NCBI GenBank assembly: GCA_951813575.1
Contig: OX638375.1
Location: 3,731,330 to 3,795,329, forward strand
From: Candidatus Binatia bacterium
GTDB taxonomy: Bacteria; Desulfobacterota; Binatia; UBA9968; JAJDTQ01
Direction: 5' to 3'
DNA length: 64,000 bases
In this document: positions 59,717-64,000 of the stretch, in pieces
Layout: each line of letters begins with the position of its first letter
Position numbering within the stretch: position 1 is the stretch's first letter
Program-made: the position numbers and the translations under genes
The notes under the pieces: generated by a model
What the model saw: the letters and a program-made list of their open reading frames with translations, nothing else
The model's database searches: none
What the model was told of the DNA's origin: nothing

Positions 59717-60468
59717 GACTCGAGAATCGAGTGGCCCTGGTCACGGGCGCGGCCACCGGCCTCGGCCGGGCGTACGCGGTGAGGCTGGCGGCGGAGGGCG
59801 CCCACGTCTGCGCCGCCGACGTGAACTTCGCTGGCGTCCAGGAGACCGCCCGGCTGGTGGCGGCGGAGGGGCGCAAAGCGCTGGCGGTGGAGATGGACGT
59901 AGCATCGGAAGAGCAGACCCTGGACGGAGCGAAGAAGGCCTTCGACCACTTCGGAGCCATCGACATCCTGGTGAACAACGCCGGCATCGTGCGCAACACG
60001 CCGCGGGTCCCCATCGAGGAGACCGACGTGGCCGACTGGCACCGGATCATCGCGGTCAACCTCACCGGAACGTTTCTGGCTTCGCGGGCCGTGGTGCCCT
60101 ACATGAAGCGGTCGAGCAAGGGCAAGATCATCAACATCAGCTCCAGCGTGGCGCTTCACGGCCGCACCCTGAGCCATCAGTACGCGGCGTCGAAGATGGG
60201 GGTCATCGGCCTGACCCGCGCGCTGGCTGCGGACCTCGGCCCCTTCAACATCAACGTCAACGCCATCGCGCCGGGAGGGGTCGACACCTCGCAGGCGCGG
60301 GAGGTGCCGGAGACGCCGTCCGAGCACATGCTGCGGCAGCGCTGCATCGAGCGGCATCTGTTGCCCGCGGACCTTGACGGCGTGGTGGTGTTCCTGGCCT
60401 CGGACGACAGCGACATGATCAGCGGGCAACTGATCAACGTCGACGGCGGAAGGGTGTTCATCGCCTGA
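59713..60468 (+). CDS. Classical SDR oxidoreductase
   Basis: TGAATGLG, NNAG, YAASK. Confidence 0.9.
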   Translation: MRLENRVALVTGAATGLGRAYAVRLAAEGAHVCAADVNFAGVQETARLVAAEGRKALAVEMDVASEEQTLDGAKKAFDHFGAIDILVNNAGIVRNTPRVPIEETDVADWHRIIAVNLTGTFLASRAVVPYMKRSSKGKIINISSSVALHGRTLSHQYAASKMGVIGLTRALAADLGPFNINVNAIAPGGVDTSQAREVPETPSEHMLRQRCIERHLLPADLDGVVVFLASDDSDMISGQLINVDGGRVFIA

Positions 60469-60482
60469 CCGCCGGCGGAGGC

Positions 60483-61874
60483 CTATCCGGGGTACCGGGC
60501 CTTCGCCTGGCGGCCGTGGCCCTTCTTTCCCACCACCTTGCCGTCGCGGTACACGGTGGTGCCGCGCACGAAGGTGCGCACGGGCCAGCCCTTCAGCGTG
60601 CGGCCGGCGTACGGGCTCCAGCCGATGAGGCTCAGCACGTCCTCGTCGCGGATCTCCTTCTCGGCGTTGAGATCCACCAGCACCAGGTCGGCGTCGTAGC
60701 CCACTTCGATGCGGCCCTTGTTGTGGACGCCGAAGATCTGCGCGGGTCTGGTGGAGGTGGCCTCCACCACGCGTTCCTGGGAGATCTTGCCCTTGGACGC
60801 GGCATCGAACAGAAGGCTCATGTAGTACTGCGCGGACGGCGTGCCGGTGTGGGCCTTCCAGCCGTCCTCCCAGCCGATCTCCTTCTCCTCGCGCGTGTGC
60901 GGCGCGTGATCGGTGGCGACGATGTCGATGGTGCCGTCGCACAGGCCGCCCCACAGGGCCGGGGAGTTCTCCTCCGGCACCCAGTAGGAGAGGGCGTAGG
61001 AGCCCAGGCGCTCGATCTCGCTCCAGTCCGATCCCAGGAAGATCGCCCAGGGGTTGACCTCGGCGGTCACCCGCTGGCCGGCGTCCTTGGCGCGCCGGAT
61101 CATGTCCACGGTGCCCGCGGTCTGGACGTGCAGCAGGTGCAGGTGCACGCCGGTGGCCGCCTGCAGGCGGATGAGGAACTGGATGGCGGTCTCCCAGATG
61201 ACGCCGTCATTGGCGGCGTAGGCCTTGGCGTAGGCCAGGCAGTCGCGCTCCCCACGGTCCCAGAACTTCTTCTCGATGTAGTCCATGAGGGGCTGGTCGT
61301 GGGGGTGCACCATGAGCGGCACGTTGGCCGCGGCGCACGCCTCCATGATCTCCATCAGCTTGCCGTGGTCGTGCACGCCGATGCCCGGCATGTGCGGGTA
61401 GTCCCGTCCCGTGTCCACCACCATGAACACCTTGAACGCGCCGATGCCGTGCTGCGCCAGGTTGGGGATCTCCTCCGGGATGGTGCCGGCGGGATTGACG
61501 TTGAAGTCGATGATGGATTCACGTTCGTAGACCCCGAACAACTGCTCGAGGCGCGGCACCGTGTTGGGCGGCGGCGTCACGTTGGGCATGGCCACGGAGG
61601 TGGTGACCCCGCCGGCCGCGCACTGCATGGTGGCGGTGTGGATGTTCTCCTTGTAGGCGTAGCCGCCGGGCTCGCCGCCCTCGCGGTGATGCGAATGCAT
61701 GTCCACCGCGCCCGGGATCAGCGCCAGGTTCGAGGCGTCCACCACCTCGCCGGCCTCGGGCTCGGCGCCGGGCTGGTAAATGCCCGCGATGACGCCGTCC
61801 TGGACGCCGACGGAGGCCTTGTAACGATTGTTGGCGTAAATAATCTCTGCATTGGATATCAGCACGTCGAGCAT
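60483..61874 (-). CDS. Dihydroorotase/allantoinase-like cyclic amidohydrolase
   Basis: DMHSHHR, MPN, AFKVF, ATDHAPH. Confidence 0.82.
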   Translation of the reverse strand: MLDVLISNAEIIYANNRYKASVGVQDGVIAGIYQPGAEPEAGEVVDASNLALIPGAVDMHSHHREGGEPGGYAYKENIHTATMQCAAGGVTTSVAMPNVTPPPNTVPRLEQLFGVYERESIIDFNVNPAGTIPEEIPNLAQHGIGAFKVFMVVDTGRDYPHMPGIGVHDHGKLMEIMEACAAANVPLMVHPHDQPLMDYIEKKFWDRGERDCLAYAKAYAANDGVIWETAIQFLIRLQAATGVHLHLLHVQTAGTVDMIRRAKDAGQRVTAEVNPWAIFLGSDWSEIERLGSYALSYWVPEENSPALWGGLCDGTIDIVATDHAPHTREEKEIGWEDGWKAHTGTPSAQYYMSLLFDAASKGKISQERVVEATSTRPAQIFGVHNKGRIEVGYDADLVLVDLNAEKEIRDEDVLSLIGWSPYAGRTLKGWPVRTFVRGTTVYRDGKVVGKKGHGRQAKARYPG

Positions 61875-61889
61875 GGAAGGTCTCCTTGG

Positions 61890-62486
61890 TTATTGTTTCA
61901 GCAGCCGTGCCAGCGTCGGGTAGTCCCGCGCCACCGGAAAGGCGGGGCAGCGTTCGGCGATGGCGTCGGGCGGATTGAACAGCACGCCGCGGTCCGCGGT
62001 GCGCAGCATGCTCAGGTCATTGTAGGAATCCCCCGCCGCCACCACGCCGAAGCCGATTCCCTTGAACGCCTTGACCGCCTTGCGCTTGCCGTCCTTCTGG
62101 CGCAGCACGTACCCCGAGATGTACCCGGACCGGCTCACCGTGAGCCAGTTGCACAGCAGGGTCGGGTTCTCGAGCTTGCGGATCAGCGGCATGGCGAACT
62201 CGTAGTAGGTGTCCGACAGCAGCACCACCACCGGAAAGTCCCGCCGGAGGTCGTCCAGGAAGCCCTTGGCGCCGGGCAGCGGCTTCATGCCCTCGATGAC
62301 GCCCTGGATGTCGGCGAGCCGGATCCGGTTCTTCCTGAGGATCTTCAGTCGGTACTGCATGAGCTGGTCGTAGTCGGAGATGTCCCGGGTGGTCAGCCTG
62401 AGGTCGTCGTTGTGGAAGTGGTCGGCGACGGCGATCCAGATTTCCGGCAGGAGGACTCCCTCCAGGTCTAGGCAGCAGATTCGCAT
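61890..62486 (-). CDS. thrH: Phosphoserine phosphatase/homoserine phosphotransferase
   Basis: CLDLEGVLLPEIW, LRLTTRDISDYD, LSDTYYEF, AAGDSYND. Confidence 0.9.
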   Translation of the reverse strand: MRICCLDLEGVLLPEIWIAVADHFHNDDLRLTTRDISDYDQLMQYRLKILRKNRIRLADIQGVIEGMKPLPGAKGFLDDLRRDFPVVVLLSDTYYEFAMPLIRKLENPTLLCNWLTVSRSGYISGYVLRQKDGKRKAVKAFKGIGFGVVAAGDSYNDLSMLRTADRGVLFNPPDAIAERCPAFPVARDYPTLARLLKQ

Positions 62487-62636
62487 GGTTCGGTACGTCC
62501 GGGTTTGGTGTAGGTGCTGGCCAACGCGTTTCTAGCATATGAGAGAACGGGAGCAAAACATGGCGTCCTTGACAGCTTCGGGAACCCCGTGTCAATGAGA
62601 ACACTTAACCGACCCACACGAAACAGGAGGAAAGTG

Positions 62637-63377
62637 ATGAGCATCCATACCGGAACGGTGGATATCGCCGCCGAAGACGGCAAGTCCATGGGCCTTTACG
62701 TGGCCGCGCCCGACGGCGGCGGCAAGAAGCCGGCGCTGCTGGTGATCATGGAGATCTTCGGCGTGAACGCCCACATGAAGGACGTCACCGAGCGTTTCGC
62801 GGGCGAGGGCTACGTGGCCATCTCCCCGGATCTTTACTATCGGCTGGACGAGCGGATCATTCCCAACACCGACCGGGACGGCGCCTTTGCCGCCCGCGGC
62901 ACCCTCTACGACACCAAGGTCATCGAGGACCTGAACCGCGCCATCGCCTACGCCAAGGGACGCGACGACGTGGACCCGGAGCGGGTGGGGATCATCGGCT
63001 ACTGCTTCGGGGGCAGGGTGTCGTGGATGGCGGCGTGCAATTGCCCGGGCCTGGCGGCCAGCAGCCTGTACTACGGCGGCCAGATCGCCGGCGGCCAGCG
63101 GGGCGAGAAGAGCCCGGTGGAGCCGGTGACCCAGGGGAACAACATCAAGATACCGATGCAGTGCGTCTGGGGCGGACAGGACCAGGGCATTCCGCAGGAG
63201 GCGCGCGACAGCATCGAGGGGACGCTGAAAGCCAACGGCGTGGACTACGAGTGGCATCTGTACGAGGACGCGGGCCACGCGTTCTTCTGCGACGACCGCC
63301 CGAGCTATCACGAGGCGTCGGCCGAGGATGTCTGGCCCAAGACGCTGGCATTCCTGGGCAGGCACCTCAAGGGGTAA
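62637..63377 (+). CDS. Dienelactone hydrolase-family protein
   Basis: MEIFGVN, GYCFGG, YEDAGHAF. Confidence 0.9.
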   Translation: MSIHTGTVDIAAEDGKSMGLYVAAPDGGGKKPALLVIMEIFGVNAHMKDVTERFAGEGYVAISPDLYYRLDERIIPNTDRDGAFAARGTLYDTKVIEDLNRAIAYAKGRDDVDPERVGIIGYCFGGRVSWMAACNCPGLAASSLYYGGQIAGGQRGEKSPVEPVTQGNNIKIPMQCVWGGQDQGIPQEARDSIEGTLKANGVDYEWHLYEDAGHAFFCDDRPSYHEASAEDVWPKTLAFLGRHLKG

Positions 63378-63434
63378 GGAACCATCGAGCCGGCGGGACT
63401 GCCGGCCATGCAGGCGTTTCAAGGAGGTACACCA

Positions 63435-64000
63435 ATGGCAACCAAAGAATACCAGACGGTCCTGGTGGAGAAGGAGGACGGCATCACCTGGGTGATCCTG
63501 AACCGTCCGGAGAAGCGGAACGCCATGAGCCCGCAGCTCCACTTCGACATGTACGACGCGGTGACCGAAGCCGAGGGAGATCCCGAGACCCAGGTGATGG
63601 TCATCACCGGCGCAGGCAATAGCTGGTGCGCCGGCATGGATCTCAAGGAATTCTTCCGCGAGGGGGACAAGAACCCCGAGTTTCAGCGGAAGGTGGGCTG
63701 GGCCAGCCAGGAGTGGCGCTGGCGCAAACTCTTCACGTTCCCCAAGCCCACCATCGCCATGGTGAACGGCTTCTGCTTCGGCGGCGCCTTCACCCCGATG
63801 ATCGCCTGTGACTTCGCCATCGCGTCGGAGGATGCACTCTTCGGGCTGTCCGAGGTGAACTGGGGCATCCTGCCCGGTGGCCTGGTGAGCCGGGTGGTGA
63901 CCGACATGATGACGCTCCGCGACGGCCTGTACCATGCCATGACCGGCGATCCCTTCGACGGCAAGAAGGCCGCGGAGATGAGGCTCGTGACCTACGCGGT
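63435..64000 (+). CDS. Hydroxycinnamoyl-CoA hydratase/lyase-like crotonase (runs off the window)
   Basis: NRPEKRNAMSP, WCAGMDLKEFFRE, GLSEVNWGILPGG; absent from the supplied ORF track because it has no stop in the window. Confidence 0.85.
   Translation, partial: MATKEYQTVLVEKEDGITWVILNRPEKRNAMSPQLHFDMYDAVTEAEGDPETQVMVITGAGNSWCAGMDLKEFFREGDKNPEFQRKVGWASQEWRWRKLFTFPKPTIAMVNGFCFGGAFTPMIACDFAIASEDALFGLSEVNWGILPGGLVSRVVTDMMTLRDGLYHAMTGDPFDGKKAAEMRLVTYA

Overview
High-GC (roughly two-thirds G+C by eye) bacterial window, most consistent with a Deltaproteobacteria-like/Candidatus Binatia-type genome. That assignment is an inference from the gene repertoire: several amidohydrolases, UbiD, M20, GMC and sigma-54 systems. 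Positions 1-4.7 kb are a nest of six insertion-sequence pieces (four IS3-family, one internally deleted IS21, one IS30 3' remnant); target duplications are readable for two of them. The remainder is mostly metabolic and housekeeping: FNR, adk, beta-PGM-like HAD, glnE, HPF, an RpoD paralogue, a DegQ-HK-RR operon with a sigma-54 promoter, folM/folX/folK, UbiD, three tandem stand-alone pyruvate-carboxylase-type carboxyltransferases, peptidoglycan peptidases, a GMC pair, recQ, arsS plus glycosyltransferase, ABC transporters, ilvE, ogt, thrH and a hydroxycinnamoyl-CoA hydratase-lyase running off the end. Two lower-GC accessory patches carry a DUF4160/DUF2442 pair whose DUF2442 is fused to a UDG-like domain (26.5-27.8 kb) and an apparently disarmed AbiE pair with uncharacterised neighbours (39.2-42.9 kb). 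The best novelty candidates are the carboxyltransferase triplet, the DUF2442-UDG fusion and a circularly permuted alpha/beta-hydrolase-methyltransferase fusion. All family calls come from motif recognition by eye; no database searches were run. No rRNA, tRNA or CRISPR array was recognised.
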